Assembly (NCBI GenBank): GCA_039589315.1 | Contig: JBDHHQ010000054.1 | Span: 1 to 54,514, forward strand | Length of the DNA: 54,514 bases | Reading direction: 5' to 3' | DNA from: Gemmatimonadota bacterium | Lineage (GTDB): Bacteria > Gemmatimonadota > Gemmatimonadetes > Longimicrobiales > Gaopeijiaceae | In this document: positions 9,716 through 19,630 of the stretch, piece after piece | Numbering within the stretch: position 1 is the stretch's first letter | Layout of the letters: every line of letters begins with the position of its first letter | Notes under the pieces: generated by a model | Told to the model about the DNA's origin: nothing | What the model saw: the letters and a program-made list of their open reading frames with translations, nothing else | Database searches by the model: none | Translations under genes and position numbers: made by a program

Positions 9716-10186
9716 GTGGAGGAAGCACTGCGCGAGGCCTGGCGGACCAACAACCGCATCAACCTCCTCCTGCTCGAGCACGTCAGTGACGAGGGCCTGC
9801 TCAGCTCGCTGTCGACCCGGGGGGGGCGAGACGTAGGCCGTCAATTCGCCCACATGCACAACGTCCGTGTGTGGGCGTTGGAGAACCGCCGCTCCAGGGA
9901 CCTCGCGGAAGGCCTGGTCAAGTTCCCGACCAAGGTGACGCCGTCGCGCGCCGAGCTGAAGCAGGCGCTCACGGCCTCCGCTGACGCCGTCGAGCAGTTC
10001 CTCGTGGACGTTCTGAGCGGCGCATCCAACCGGCGGGGGTTCAAGAAGGGCATCTTCGCCCACCTGTCTTACTTCATCGCGCACGAGAGCCACCACCGGG
10101 GCAGCATCCTGCTGACGTTGAAACAGTGCGGCCACGCGGTGGACAAGGCGACGGCATACGCGATCTGGGACTGGGACCGGCGATGA
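9716..10186 (+). CDS. DinB family protein
   Basis: W.TNNRINL.LL, FAHMHNVR, YFIAHESHHRG (His triad), IWDW. GAGG RBS before the GTG start. Confidence 0.85.
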   Translation: MEEALREAWRTNNRINLLLLEHVSDEGLLSSLSTRGGRDVGRQFAHMHNVRVWALENRRSRDLAEGLVKFPTKVTPSRAELKQALTASADAVEQFLVDVLSGASNRRGFKKGIFAHLSYFIAHESHHRGSILLTLKQCGHAVDKATAYAIWDWDRR

Positions 10187-10223
10187 CCCCGGCGTCATCG
10201 GCTCCGAGGGCGGCCCCGCGTCG

Positions 10224-10700
10224 ATGAGTCCGCTCGCCGCGACCGTGCTGGTTGCCGTCACGTTCCAGGTCGGGGTCGACTGCCCGCCGTGCGACAGGGC
10301 CATGGCCACGCTGGCGGGCGGTGACACCGCCCGAGCGGTCGAGGATCTGCACGGGGTGCGGCCCAGCTGGCCAGCCTCGAGGCCGAGGACCTCTACCGGG
10401 AGCGACGGCTCGCCCCGCAGACGCCGGCCGGGTTGCAGGCGGTCGACGGCTGGCGGCTCGCCATCTTGGTGAGCGACCGGTCCTTCGGCGTCTCGAGCCG
10501 CAGGCCCGCCGCCATCTACCGGCCCTGCAACGCGTACGAGCGGGACCGGGCGCTGGGCGACCTCAGCTGGAAGGACCCGGCCGGGCGTCCCGACACGCGC
10601 TGCCCGATCCAACATTGCTGCCATACCGACCGGGGGCGAATCCTGGTCGTCAACCGCTCACCGGCAGTCCAGAGAAGCAGGAGCCGTCGGTCTGCCTACG
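10224..10700 (+). pseudogene. Degraded secreted-protein gene, possibly GWxTD family
   Basis: Signal-like N-terminus plus GDTARAVE in one frame. Another frame has WKDP...PDT and HTDRGRILV, similar to GWxTDRGRIY. End boundary is approximate. Confidence 0.35.
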
Positions 10701-10721
10701 CCCCCGAGGCCCGGGCCACGG

Positions 10722-12083
10722 TCATGCGTCGTCTGACGCGGTGCGCGCCCCCACGGGTGCGGTGCCCGGGGTCGCCGCGAGCTCCGACAGCTCCGGCAGC
10801 GCCTCACCGCCGTTGCCCATCCGGTAGAGCCGGTCCGCACCGATGAGGTAGGCGAACTCCTCTCTGAACGTCTCCACTGAGACCCCGGCCGTCGCCGCGA
10901 ACTTGGCCAGCTCGTGGGGATCCTCGAAGTCGTCCTTCACCAGCCTCCGCATGTAGGCCCGGGCGATCTTGAACCACTCCGACGTGACGTCCACCATTCG
11001 GACCCTCGTGCGCTTCGTCTCCGGGTCGAAGATGTCCGCGAAATACAGGGGCACGAAGTGGCCGTTCTGGATCGAGACCATCGCGGCGTTGCCGCCCTTC
11101 AGCAGGAAGGTGGCTCCGCAGTAGCCGAGGTCCCTGGTGTACTCCAGGTCGAAGGGGATCGGGTCCGCGCAGCGGAGCTCGTAGCCGATGTTCTTGGCGA
11201 TGATGGTGGCCTTGAGGCCGAACTCGGCGAGACGCTCCTGTACGCGCAGCTTCACGATCTCCCCGAAGGAGACCTCGGCCAGGCGCAGGTTGCCGTGGGC
11301 GTCACGCTCCGCGCTTTCCAGGATCGCCAGGTCCTTGGGGTTCAGCCGCTCGAGGAGCCCTTCGGCCAGGATGGCCACACCGTCTCTTCGTCCCCGACTG
11401 AGGCGCTTGATGATGGCCCCGACGAGGATGTCGGCGATGTGGGACAGGTCAATGACGCCGTCTGGGAACTCCTCGGGGATGAGGCTCAGGGTAGCACCGG
11501 ACGCCTTGCCGATCCCCATGGCCAGGTGACCGGCCTTGCGGCCCATGGACACGACCAGGTACCAACGGGAGGTCGTCCTGGCGTCGACCATCAGGTTCTC
11601 GACCAGGGACACGCCCAGGTGCCGTGCGGTGTTGAACCCGAACGTGGGAATACCGTGGGGCAGCGCAAGATCGTTGTCGATCGTCTTTGGGACGTGGACG
11701 ACGTGAATGCGACCCGCCGCCTTCTCCTCCAGCTTCATCGCGCTGTAGGCGGTGTCGTCGCCACCGATGGTAATCAGCTTGTCGACGTTCAGCCGGAGCA
11801 GCGATGTCACGGCGTTCTCGAGGTGCTCGGGCCGCTTCGTCGGGTTGTCCCGGGCGATGCCGATGTAGGAGCCCCCGCGGAAGTGGATGCGGCTCACCGC
11901 CTTGGGGGTCAGCGTCTCCGCATGGGAGATGTCCCCCTGCATGATCCACGAGAATCCGTCGTGAATGCCCACGACGTCGACGCCCTGATCATGGGCCCGG
12001 AGAGTCGCAGCGCTGATCACACTGTTGATCCCGGGGGCGGGACCGCCGCCCACGAGAATGGCCATCTTCTTTGGCTTGTGCAC
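10722..12083 (-). CDS. pfp: Pyrophosphate--fructose-6-phosphate 1-phosphotransferase
   Basis: GGGPAPGIN, IGGDDT (Asp typical of PPi-dependent enzymes), PKTIDND, MGR, GYELRC. GTG start at 12083 is inferred. Confidence 0.92.
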   Translation of the reverse strand: MHKPKKMAILVGGGPAPGINSVISAATLRAHDQGVDVVGIHDGFSWIMQGDISHAETLTPKAVSRIHFRGGSYIGIARDNPTKRPEHLENAVTSLLRLNVDKLITIGGDDTAYSAMKLEEKAAGRIHVVHVPKTIDNDLALPHGIPTFGFNTARHLGVSLVENLMVDARTTSRWYLVVSMGRKAGHLAMGIGKASGATLSLIPEEFPDGVIDLSHIADILVGAIIKRLSRGRRDGVAILAEGLLERLNPKDLAILESAERDAHGNLRLAEVSFGEIVKLRVQERLAEFGLKATIIAKNIGYELRCADPIPFDLEYTRDLGYCGATFLLKGGNAAMVSIQNGHFVPLYFADIFDPETKRTRVRMVDVTSEWFKIARAYMRRLVKDDFEDPHELAKFAATAGVSVETFREEFAYLIGADRLYRMGNGGEALPELSELAATPGTAPVGARTASDDA

Positions 12084-12373
12084 GTGGTTCTCTGGCTCGA
12101 TGAACGTGATTCGGGCGGACCGCGCGGATGTGGACGCGCTGCCCGGTCCGGAGAATCTACAATGACCGAGGCTCATGAACCGAGTCAACCGCCCCACGGG
12201 ACCGGTTCCCGACCGCCCAAGCCTCACTACGGGAGTGCGAGCTCCGCGGGACTTCTGGGACGGCCCGTCGCCGCGCTGTCCGCCGACCGGCACGCCCATT
12301 GCTCGGCCCGCCGAGTCAGGGCTACTCTCGGGCATCGGCTGGCCCGCCGTGAACTCCTCCTTTCCGCTAGCGC

Positions 12374-13648
12374 ATGCCTCATCCCCGAATCGTGCGGGAC
12401 CCCATCTGGAACACGATCCGGGTCGATCCCACAGCGGTCCGCATCATGGACACGGCAGCGTTCCAACGGCTCCGCTACATCCGCCAACTCGGGCTGGCGC
12501 ACTTGGTGTACCCCGGCGCGACGCACACCCGATTCGACCACGCGCTGGGCGTCTACCACCTCGCCACCCGGGCCATCGACGTCCTCAGGGATCGTGGGCC
12601 CAGAGGGCCGGAGGCGTGGGAGGCTGCAGAGCTGGTGCCCTACGCAGCGCTGCTCCACGACATCGGGCACTACGCCTTCTCCCACGCGGTGGAGGAGTTG
12701 GAGTCGGACGTGATCCCGGGAGATCACGAGGCGGTGAGCAAGCGCTTCTTCGATTCACCCGAGCTCCGAGAGGCCCTGGCGTCATTGGGACCGGACGCCG
12801 CCGAGGCCATCTACGCCCTGATCCGGGGGGTGAGCCGTGTGCCGCTGCGGGGTCTCGTGAGCGGGAGCCTGGATCTGGACAAGATGGAATACCTCCGCCG
12901 CGACGCCCATTTCTGCGGTGTTCCCTACGGAGAGGTCGACGTGGACAGACTACTCCAGGGTCTCGTGCTGCTACGGGATCCCGTCTCAGGCACGTGGGAG
13001 GTGGGCCTGCACGAAAAAGCAGCGAGTACCCTCGAGTCCCTCCTGTTCGCCAAGTATCAGATGTTCAGAAACGTCTATTGGCACCATGCCGTCCGGTCCG
13101 CGACCGTGCTGTACAAGCGAATCGTGGAGGAGTCCGTGGGCTCGGGCCTGGTCAGCCCCGACGAGTTGGTAGGTCCGACGGACGAGGAGCTCCTCTACGA
13201 GATCGCCCGCAGGGCAGGGAGCGAGGACGGCGCGGTGGCGGAGCGACTCGCCACGCGGTGGATACCGGCGCTCCGGCACCGCCGTCTCCCGAAGCGTGCC
13301 CTGGAGCTCACTGCCGCGGACCTGTCCGGCGTCAGAACGGCACCATGGGTAGGAGCCGACTCCGCCGAGAAGCGCGTCGCGGAGGATCGGTTGGCCACGG
13401 AGCTCGGACTCGAGCCGGGCGAGGTGGTCATCGACTTCCCCGTGAAGCAGGCCATGTTCGCGTTGGATGCCCTGATCCTCCGCAGGAGCGGGGCGGTGGA
13501 GCGGTTGCGGGAGGGAGGGCTGCCCGGGGTCCTCGACTTGCCGAAGGTGGCGCGAGAGCTCTACCGAGCCGCGCGGGTGCTGCGCGTGTTCTCATTCGAG
13601 CGCCGAACGCTCGAGAGGGACCGGGCGCTGGAGGCGATCTCGGTCTAG
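12374..13648 (+). CDS. HD-domain phosphohydrolase (SAMHD1/dNTPase-like)
   Basis: RDPIW, FQRLRYIRQLG, YPGATHTRFDHALG, LLHDIGH, DLDKMEYL.RD, VYWH. Confidence 0.92.
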   Translation: MPHPRIVRDPIWNTIRVDPTAVRIMDTAAFQRLRYIRQLGLAHLVYPGATHTRFDHALGVYHLATRAIDVLRDRGPRGPEAWEAAELVPYAALLHDIGHYAFSHAVEELESDVIPGDHEAVSKRFFDSPELREALASLGPDAAEAIYALIRGVSRVPLRGLVSGSLDLDKMEYLRRDAHFCGVPYGEVDVDRLLQGLVLLRDPVSGTWEVGLHEKAASTLESLLFAKYQMFRNVYWHHAVRSATVLYKRIVEESVGSGLVSPDELVGPTDEELLYEIARRAGSEDGAVAERLATRWIPALRHRRLPKRALELTAADLSGVRTAPWVGADSAEKRVAEDRLATELGLEPGEVVIDFPVKQAMFALDALILRRSGAVERLREGGLPGVLDLPKVARELYRAARVLRVFSFERRTLERDRALEAISV

Positions 13649-13663
13649 TGTCTGGGCAGGACG

Positions 13664-14473
13664 CTAGTCCGGACCGTCGGGCAAGAGCTGCAACAGGGTC
13701 ACGGTGATGTTGTCGGCCCCTCCTCGCTGGTTGGCCAGGCTCACGAGGCTGCCGAGGATCCGGTCGAGGGACCTGTCCTCGTTGGCCAGGAGGTCCTCGA
13801 TCTCGCCGTCGGAGATCATGCCGACCAGCCCGTCGGTACAGAGAAGAAAGAGGTCTCCCGGCTGCCCCTGCCCGCTGATGATCTCGGGCTCCACCGGACG
13901 GCCGATTCCCAGGGCCCGCGACAGAATGTGCCGCAAGGGGTGACCGACGCCCATTTCCTCGCTCAGCTCGCCCTTGTCCACCATCTCCTGAACCCACGTG
14001 TGGTCGCGGGTCAGCTGCCGGAGGCGACAGTTGGAGAATACATAGGCGCGACTGTCGCCGACATGGGCCAGGGCGTAGCCGCCGGTCGAGGGTGAAACCT
14101 GCAGGGCCGTCAGCGTGGTCCCCATTCCGGCCCTCTGGGGATCAGCATCGGCCGCGGCCAGGATCCGCTCGTTGGCACGAACGACCGCCTCGGCCATTCG
14201 TTCGCCCGCGGCTTCCGCTAATCGTTCGGTGTCGTTGGGACGATCTTGAACAGTAGGAGGCTCCCTCAAAACCGAGGTGAGCTCCTCCACCGCCAGAGCG
14301 CTGGCGATATCACCAGCCGGATGACCACCCATTCCATCTGCCACCGCTACGAGGCCCAGCGAGGGCTCCACCGCGAAGGCGTCTTCGTTTCGGCTCCGAA
14401 TGCGGCCGACGTCACTGACTCCGGCCGCCTGCAAGAGTCGTGGCACAGAAATCCCAGATGGAGGAAGTGTCAT
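13664..14473 (-). CDS. PP2C-family Ser/Thr protein phosphatase (Stp1/PrpC)
   Basis: SDVGRIRSRNED, VADGMGG, GMGTT, HVGDSRAY, LLCTDGL, GGADNIT. Confidence 0.95.
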   Translation of the reverse strand: MTLPPSGISVPRLLQAAGVSDVGRIRSRNEDAFAVEPSLGLVAVADGMGGHPAGDIASALAVEELTSVLREPPTVQDRPNDTERLAEAAGERMAEAVVRANERILAAADADPQRAGMGTTLTALQVSPSTGGYALAHVGDSRAYVFSNCRLRQLTRDHTWVQEMVDKGELSEEMGVGHPLRHILSRALGIGRPVEPEIISGQGQPGDLFLLCTDGLVGMISDGEIEDLLANEDRSLDRILGSLVSLANQRGGADNITVTLLQLLPDGPD

Positions 14474-14770
14474 CTCGACTCAAACGTAGGGACTCGTCGT
14501 CCGGCGCCGCAAACCTCGCGTCTGCGAGCCGGCTGGCAAGCCGTGATCGGGACGGTAGAGCGCACCTCGTGGTGCTCGAAGCGGTCTCCTACAAGGATAA
14601 GCGGCAACCACTCCGGAAACTGGACATCGGGGGGGCTGCGCCCAGGAACTTGCCCAAGCCCGTGGGGTCAAAACAGGGGCTCGGGCCCCTGGGCCGAGCG
14701 CCTTCCTACCCACGGTTCTCCGAGTCGGGAACCCCGGCGGCCGTCGACGGTCTTAGGGCCGCGACCGATA

Positions 14771-14799
14771 TGGACAACAGGTCTCGACCCTGATACCTT
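14771..14799 (+). promoter_or_regulatory. Sigma70-type promoter for the RpoS-like sigma gene
   Basis: TGGACA-17 bp-TACCTT with an extended TGn motif. Confidence 0.6.
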
Positions 14800-14988
14800 A
14801 AACGGCTGTGGATCCTTCTCGGCACGTCAGGGTATCGAGTTTTCTGAACGGGCCGAGCGTAGAAAGTGCCCGCGATACGCCACCTTTGCAGGGTGGCGCC
14901 GAGTCCGGCCGACGCCAGAAGCGCGGATCGGGGGCGATTCGGATTCTAGGAGGGAGCCCCCGCGGGGCGCTCCTCAGGAGATAAGACG

Positions 14989-15894
14989 ATGGCTGCAATG
15001 ACGACAAAGGGACGCCGGGGGCGGAAGCGCCGCGAGAATCCGCTGCTGGGGTTCGACGCGGGCATCGAGGAGAAGACCGCACTGGACCAGTACCTCCGCG
15101 ACGTGAGCCGTCACGAGCTGATCACGCCGGAGCAGGAGAAGGAGCTGGGGGCTCTGGCGCAGAGAGGCGACGAGGAGGCTGTCCAGGCGCTGGCTCGGGC
15201 GAACCTCCGTTTCGTCATCAGCGTGGCGAAGAAGTACCAGAACCGGGGCCTTTCCCTGACGGATCTGATCCAGGAGGGCAACGTCGGTCTGGTCACGGCT
15301 GCGCGGAAGTTCGACCCGGAGCAGGGCGTCAAGTTCATCTCCTACGCGGTCTGGTGGATCCGGCAGGCGATCCTCGCCTCGTTGGCAAACCACGGCCGCG
15401 CCGTGCGGGTCCCGCTGAACCGGGCCTCCGACCTGGCGCGCATCTTCCGGGAGAAGGAGCGCCTCAAGCAGGAGCTCGGGCGAGAGCCCACGACCGAGGA
15501 GCTGGCGAGGGCCACGGACCTCACCCCGGAGCTGGTGGAGTCCCTGCAGACCCTGAATGCGGCGGAGATCCGGCTGGACGCGCCCATCGGGGACAGCGAA
15601 GACTCGCAGCTCGTCGAGCGGTTCGTGATGGAAGAAGCCGCCGAGCCCGAGGTCGAGGTCGAAGGTCGACTCCTCGCCGAGGCCGTGCGCAGCGCGCTCA
15701 CGACCCTGGAGGCTCGGGACGCGAAGGTCCTGCGGCTGTACTTCGGCCTCGAGGGCGAGCGGGAGCACACGCTGGAGGAGATCGGCAACATGCTGGGTGT
15801 GACGCGGGAGCGGATTCGCCAGCTGCGGGACCGAGCCCTCCGTCGACTCAGAGAGGGCGAGCGGGGATCCGCGCTGGAGTCGTTCGCCGCGTGA
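14989..15894 (+). CDS. RNA polymerase sigma factor, RpoD/RpoS family, lacking region 1.1
   Basis: ANLRFVISVAKKY, DLIQEGNVGL, KFISYAVWWIRQ, TLEEIG..LGVTRERIRQ. AGGAG RBS. Confidence 0.96.
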   Translation: MAAMTTKGRRGRKRRENPLLGFDAGIEEKTALDQYLRDVSRHELITPEQEKELGALAQRGDEEAVQALARANLRFVISVAKKYQNRGLSLTDLIQEGNVGLVTAARKFDPEQGVKFISYAVWWIRQAILASLANHGRAVRVPLNRASDLARIFREKERLKQELGREPTTEELARATDLTPELVESLQTLNAAEIRLDAPIGDSEDSQLVERFVMEEAAEPEVEVEGRLLAEAVRSALTTLEARDAKVLRLYFGLEGEREHTLEEIGNMLGVTRERIRQLRDRALRRLREGERGSALESFAA

Positions 15895-15907
15895 CCCAAG
15901 CCCGGCC

Positions 15908-16885
15908 ATGAGCCGCGCCGAGCCCCGTCCTTCGGACGCCCAGGATCCTGGGGGTCACGAGGGACGGGGCTCTTTCTTGCCCACCGAGGGCGTGGGCACG
16001 GTGTCCCGGGTCCGGGGCGGCCGCTACGAGGTGACGCTGAGCGACGAAGTCTCCATCGACGCCTCCATACGGGGACGCCTGAAGAGGCAGAAGCGCACCG
16101 GCGACCGAATCGTCATCGGGGACCGGGTTCGCGTCGACGTGTCTCCCGACGGAGGCAGCACGATCGAAGAGGTGCTGCCGCGGAGCACGGAGCTGGTACG
16201 TCGTGGCCCGGGCGGGCGCCGCCCGAAGATCCTCGCTGCCAACCTGGACCGCCTGGTCGGGGTCGTGGCAGCAAAGAGCCCCGACGTCACGCCCGAGCTC
16301 GTGGACCGGCTCCTGGTCGTGGGCGAGTCCGGCGGGCTCCCCTGCACCCTGGTCATCAACAAGATCGACCTGCCAGGCGCCCAGGAGGCCGCCGGACCCC
16401 TCGTGGACCTCTACAGGCGCATCGGCTACCCGGTGATCTGCACGTCGGTCAAGGCCGGGATCGGACTCGAGGAGCTGGCCGAGATCCTCTGCTTCGGCTC
16501 TTCCGCTCTCGTAGGCCCGTCCGGGGCGGGTAAGTCGAGCCTGCTGAATGCCCTGGAGCCCGGGCTGGAGCTGCGGGTGGGCGACGTGAGCTGGAAGACC
16601 CGGCGCGGCCGCCACACCACGGTCACGTCCAGGTTGATCGACCTGGCGTGCGGAGGCCGTGTCGCCGACACGCCGGGGATCGGGGAGGTGGGCGTCTGGG
16701 GTGTGGAGCCGACAGAGCTGGATCAGTTCTTCCCGGACCTCAGACCCCTGGCGGAGCGATGCCGCTTCCGGGGCTGCAGTCACCTGCGCGAGCCGGATTG
16801 TGCCGTTCGTGCCGCCGTGGAGAGTGGGGAGATCGACGAGGGAAGGTACCGGAGCTACCGTACCCTGCGGGACGAGGCCGCCTGA
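15908..16885 (+). CDS. rsgA: Ribosome small subunit-dependent GTPase A
   Basis: NKID, GPSGAGKSSLLN, GRHTT, DTPG, CRFRGCSH..EPDC zinc finger. Confidence 0.96.
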   Translation: MSRAEPRPSDAQDPGGHEGRGSFLPTEGVGTVSRVRGGRYEVTLSDEVSIDASIRGRLKRQKRTGDRIVIGDRVRVDVSPDGGSTIEEVLPRSTELVRRGPGGRRPKILAANLDRLVGVVAAKSPDVTPELVDRLLVVGESGGLPCTLVINKIDLPGAQEAAGPLVDLYRRIGYPVICTSVKAGIGLEELAEILCFGSSALVGPSGAGKSSLLNALEPGLELRVGDVSWKTRRGRHTTVTSRLIDLACGGRVADTPGIGEVGVWGVEPTELDQFFPDLRPLAERCRFRGCSHLREPDCAVRAAVESGEIDEGRYRSYRTLRDEAA

Positions 16886-16903
16886 ACCGGCTCCAACGGC
16901 GCT

Positions 16904-17686
16904 TCAGGCCCGGTCGAGAGGCGTGACCCTGGGGCTCCGCGACGTCGGATCCACTTCCACCGTCACGGGCCATCGGTACACGGCTTCCAGCACGTCGGCC
17001 CGAAGCACCTCCTCGGGCGGGCCTTCGGCCGCCACGCGCCCCTCGTCCAGCAGAAGCATCCGCCCCGCATAGCGGGCCGCCAGGTTCAGGTGGTGGGTGA
17101 TGATCAGCACCGTGGTCCCCCGCTCCGCCAACGCCCGCAGCAAGCCCAGGATCGTCATCTCGTGTCGCACGTCTAGGCTGGCCGTCGGCTCGTCGAGGAT
17201 CAGGGCGCTGGGTGCCTGTGCAAGCGCGCGGGCGATACGGACGCGCTGGAGCTCTCCTCCCGAGAGCGTGTGCACGGAGCGCTCCGCCAACTCGCTGACG
17301 TCGCACCGTTCCATGGCCGCCGCCACCGCATCGCGATCCTGACGCCCCTCGGCCCGGAGAGGTCCGAGGTGGGGGTAGCGACCCATGGCCACGAGCTCGC
17401 GGACCGTCAGGGGAAAGGCGAAGGTCTCGGTCTGTGGCACGGCGCCCACCTCCCGGGCGAGGGCACGGCGGTCCCAGCTCCGGCTGTCACGAGGCCCCAC
17501 TCGCGCACTCCCGCGCTCCGGGACCATGACGCCCAGCAGGGCTCGCATCAGGGTGGATTTGCCCGAGCCGTTGGGGCCCAACACCGCGTAGAGGTCACCC
17601 TCCGGCACCGTCATGCTCACGCCGTCCAGCGCCGGACGGATCGATGCGCCGTAGCGCACGACCAGGTCCTGGGTGGAGAACGTCAC
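16904..17686 (-). CDS. Cobalamin/heme/Fe-siderophore ABC transporter ATP-binding protein
   Basis: GPNGSGKST, MGRYPH, LSGGE, ILDEPT. GGAGG RBS before the GTG start. Confidence 0.93.
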   Translation of the reverse strand: MTFSTQDLVVRYGASIRPALDGVSMTVPEGDLYAVLGPNGSGKSTLMRALLGVMVPERGSARVGPRDSRSWDRRALAREVGAVPQTETFAFPLTVRELVAMGRYPHLGPLRAEGRQDRDAVAAAMERCDVSELAERSVHTLSGGELQRVRIARALAQAPSALILDEPTASLDVRHEMTILGLLRALAERGTTVLIITHHLNLAARYAGRMLLLDEGRVAAEGPPEEVLRADVLEAVYRWPVTVEVDPTSRSPRVTPLDRA

Positions 17687-17699
17687 TGTCCGGCCTCCC

Positions 17700-18689
17700 T
17701 CATCCGGATACGCTCCGTCGGAGAAGCACCAGGAACAGCGGCACGCCCACGAGGGCGGTGACCACGCCGATGGGGACCTCGGACGGCCGCAGCGCCGTCC
17801 GGGCAGCAACGTCGGCGAGGGTCAGGAAGGCGGCGCCAGCGAGGAACGAGAGCGGGAGCAAGACCCGGTGGTCCGAACCGACGACCAGGCGCATGGCATG
17901 GGGTACGATGAGGCCCACGAAGCCGATCACACCGGCGACGGCGACACCGGCGGCGGTGAGGAGGGAGGCTACGCCGTACGCCAGCCGCTTCACGGTCTCC
18001 ACGTCGGTTCCCAGGTAGCTGGCCGTCTCCTCCCCGATAGCCATGAGATTGAGCGAGCGCGCCAGCCCCATCAGCAGGAGCGCGGCGGGCAGGGTGTAGC
18101 CGGCCGCCACCGTGACGGAACGCCAGTCTGCGCCCGAAAGGCTGCCCATCATCCAGAGGATCGCGCTCCGCACCGTGCGAGCATCCGAGACGGAGAGCAC
18201 GAAGGCGATGCAAGCCGTGAAGAAGGCGCCCACCACCACGCCCGCCAGAAGTAGGACGCGCACGTCCAGGCTCCGGTCCGCGGCGGCAGCCACCCGGAAG
18301 ACCAGCACGATCGCCAGGAGGGCCCCGCCGAAGGCGGCCAGGGGAAGGGCCCAGGAACCGGCCGCCGCCAGGCCCGCAGCCAGCACGACGACCGCACCCA
18401 TGGCCGCTCCCCCCGAGATTCCGAGGATGTACGGCTCCGCCAGCGGGTTTCGCAGCAACGCCTGGAATACCGCTCCAGCCAAAGCCAGACCTCCACCCAC
18501 CAGCAAGCCGAGGAGGGCCCGCGGAAGGCGTAGCCCTCGGACGATCGTCTGATTCACCTCGGGTCCACGGCCCAGCAGGCCATCGAGCGCCTCGGCGGCC
18601 GTAAGGCTGACGGCGCCCCACCGCACGCTGGCGAGCACCGCGGCCAGGGCGGCCACGATGAGAAGAGCCAGCACCAGGGCCCGCCTCAT
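17700..18689 (-). CDS. FecCD/BtuC family ABC permease
   Basis: LRLPR, RNPLAEPYILGISGGA, GVIGFVGLIVPH, multiple TM helices. Confidence 0.95.
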   Translation of the reverse strand: MRRALVLALLIVAALAAVLASVRWGAVSLTAAEALDGLLGRGPEVNQTIVRGLRLPRALLGLLVGGGLALAGAVFQALLRNPLAEPYILGISGGAAMGAVVVLAAGLAAAGSWALPLAAFGGALLAIVLVFRVAAAADRSLDVRVLLLAGVVVGAFFTACIAFVLSVSDARTVRSAILWMMGSLSGADWRSVTVAAGYTLPAALLLMGLARSLNLMAIGEETASYLGTDVETVKRLAYGVASLLTAAGVAVAGVIGFVGLIVPHAMRLVVGSDHRVLLPLSFLAGAAFLTLADVAARTALRPSEVPIGVVTALVGVPLFLVLLRRSVSG

Positions 18690-19630
18690 GGCAGCGCGCC
18701 CGGGTGGAGGACCCTCACGATCTCCAGGGCGGCTTCGCCCAGCCGGGGGCCGGGGAGCTGGGTGGACGGCGGCACCTCGACCACCCTCGCGCCCGGAGGC
18801 AGTCCGCCCGGCCGGGCCCCCACAGGGGTGAGGACCACGTCCATGCGCCGTGCCACGAGCTCCTCGGGGCTCACCGGCGCGTAGGGCCGGGTGAGGTCGG
18901 CGAAGACGTTGCGGCCTCCGGCGGTGGTAATGAGCTCATCGATGAAGGTGCCCGGGCCCGCCGCCCAGGGGGGGGTACCATCCAGCAGGAAGGCCACCGC
19001 ACGGGGCGGTCGTCCCCGCACGGCCTCCCGGATGCGCTCCAGGGTCGCGTCGATGGAGGCGAGGATCGAGTCCGCCTGGGCCGTTCGACCGCTGATCCGA
19101 CCCAGGTCCGACAGCATCGTCCGGACATCCGCCATCCGCTCCGGCCGGACCGCGAGGTGGCTGATTCCCAGCTCGTCGAGCCGGGCCGGGGTCCGCACGT
19201 CGGTCTCCGCGGCGAAGCGGATCACCAGATCGGGCTCCAGCGACACGATGGCTTCCAGGCTGGGGTCGAGCCCGCCACCCACTGAGGGCAGCTGCCTCAA
19301 GACGACCGTGGTGTCGAAGTCGGTGCGGCCCACCAGTCGGCCCGACGCCCCCAGGGCCACCAGCGCCTCCGTCGCCGACGGAACCAGCGAAAGCACGCGC
19401 TCGGGAGGTGCGTGGAAGGCCAGCGTTCGGCCCACGGCGTCCGTGACGGAGACGGCGGCGGCCCCTCGGTCCTCGGGAAGGGGCAACGCCTCGGAGGCGT
19501 CCCCCCCGCACGCCGCCGCCGAGGCGACGCACACGAGGAGCCGGAGGGCGGGTGCGGCCGGGTCAGCCGGCCGGTGGGGCCTGGAGCTCCGGCGCGCCAC
19601 AGGGATCCTCGAAGAACCGCTGCCAGCCAC
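18686..19630 (-). CDS. BtuF-like substrate-binding lipoprotein
   Basis: AAAC lipobox, VTDAVGR, RVLSLVPSATE, EAIVSLEPDLV, PGPRL. The start is uncertain. Confidence 0.88.
   Translation of the reverse strand: MAGSGSSRIPVARRSSRPHRPADPAAPALRLLVCVASAAACGGDASEALPLPEDRGAAAVSVTDAVGRTLAFHAPPERVLSLVPSATEALVALGASGRLVGRTDFDTTVVLRQLPSVGGGLDPSLEAIVSLEPDLVIRFAAETDVRTPARLDELGISHLAVRPERMADVRTMLSDLGRISGRTAQADSILASIDATLERIREAVRGRPPRAVAFLLDGTPPWAAGPGTFIDELITTAGGRNVFADLTRPYAPVSPEELVARRMDVVLTPVGARPGGLPPGARVVEVPPSTQLPGPRLGEAALEIVRVLHPGALP

Noticed and set aside
12374..13648. HD dNTPase as an antiviral nucleotide-depletion gene
   Set aside because: It sits in a housekeeping context (pfp, PP2C, sigma, rsgA) with no defence-island signs.
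14660..14715. GTGGGGTCAAAACAGG resembles the raiA-motif 3' end, inside a CCGTGGG/CCCACGG hairpin
   Set aside because: The other conserved raiA blocks are absent, and the hairpin alone is weak evidence at this GC content.
14930..14946. GGGGGCGATTCGGATTC resembles a tmRNA 5' end
   Set aside because: No GAC follows, there is no tag frame or 3' TCCACCA end, and the sigma CDS starts about 45 nt later.
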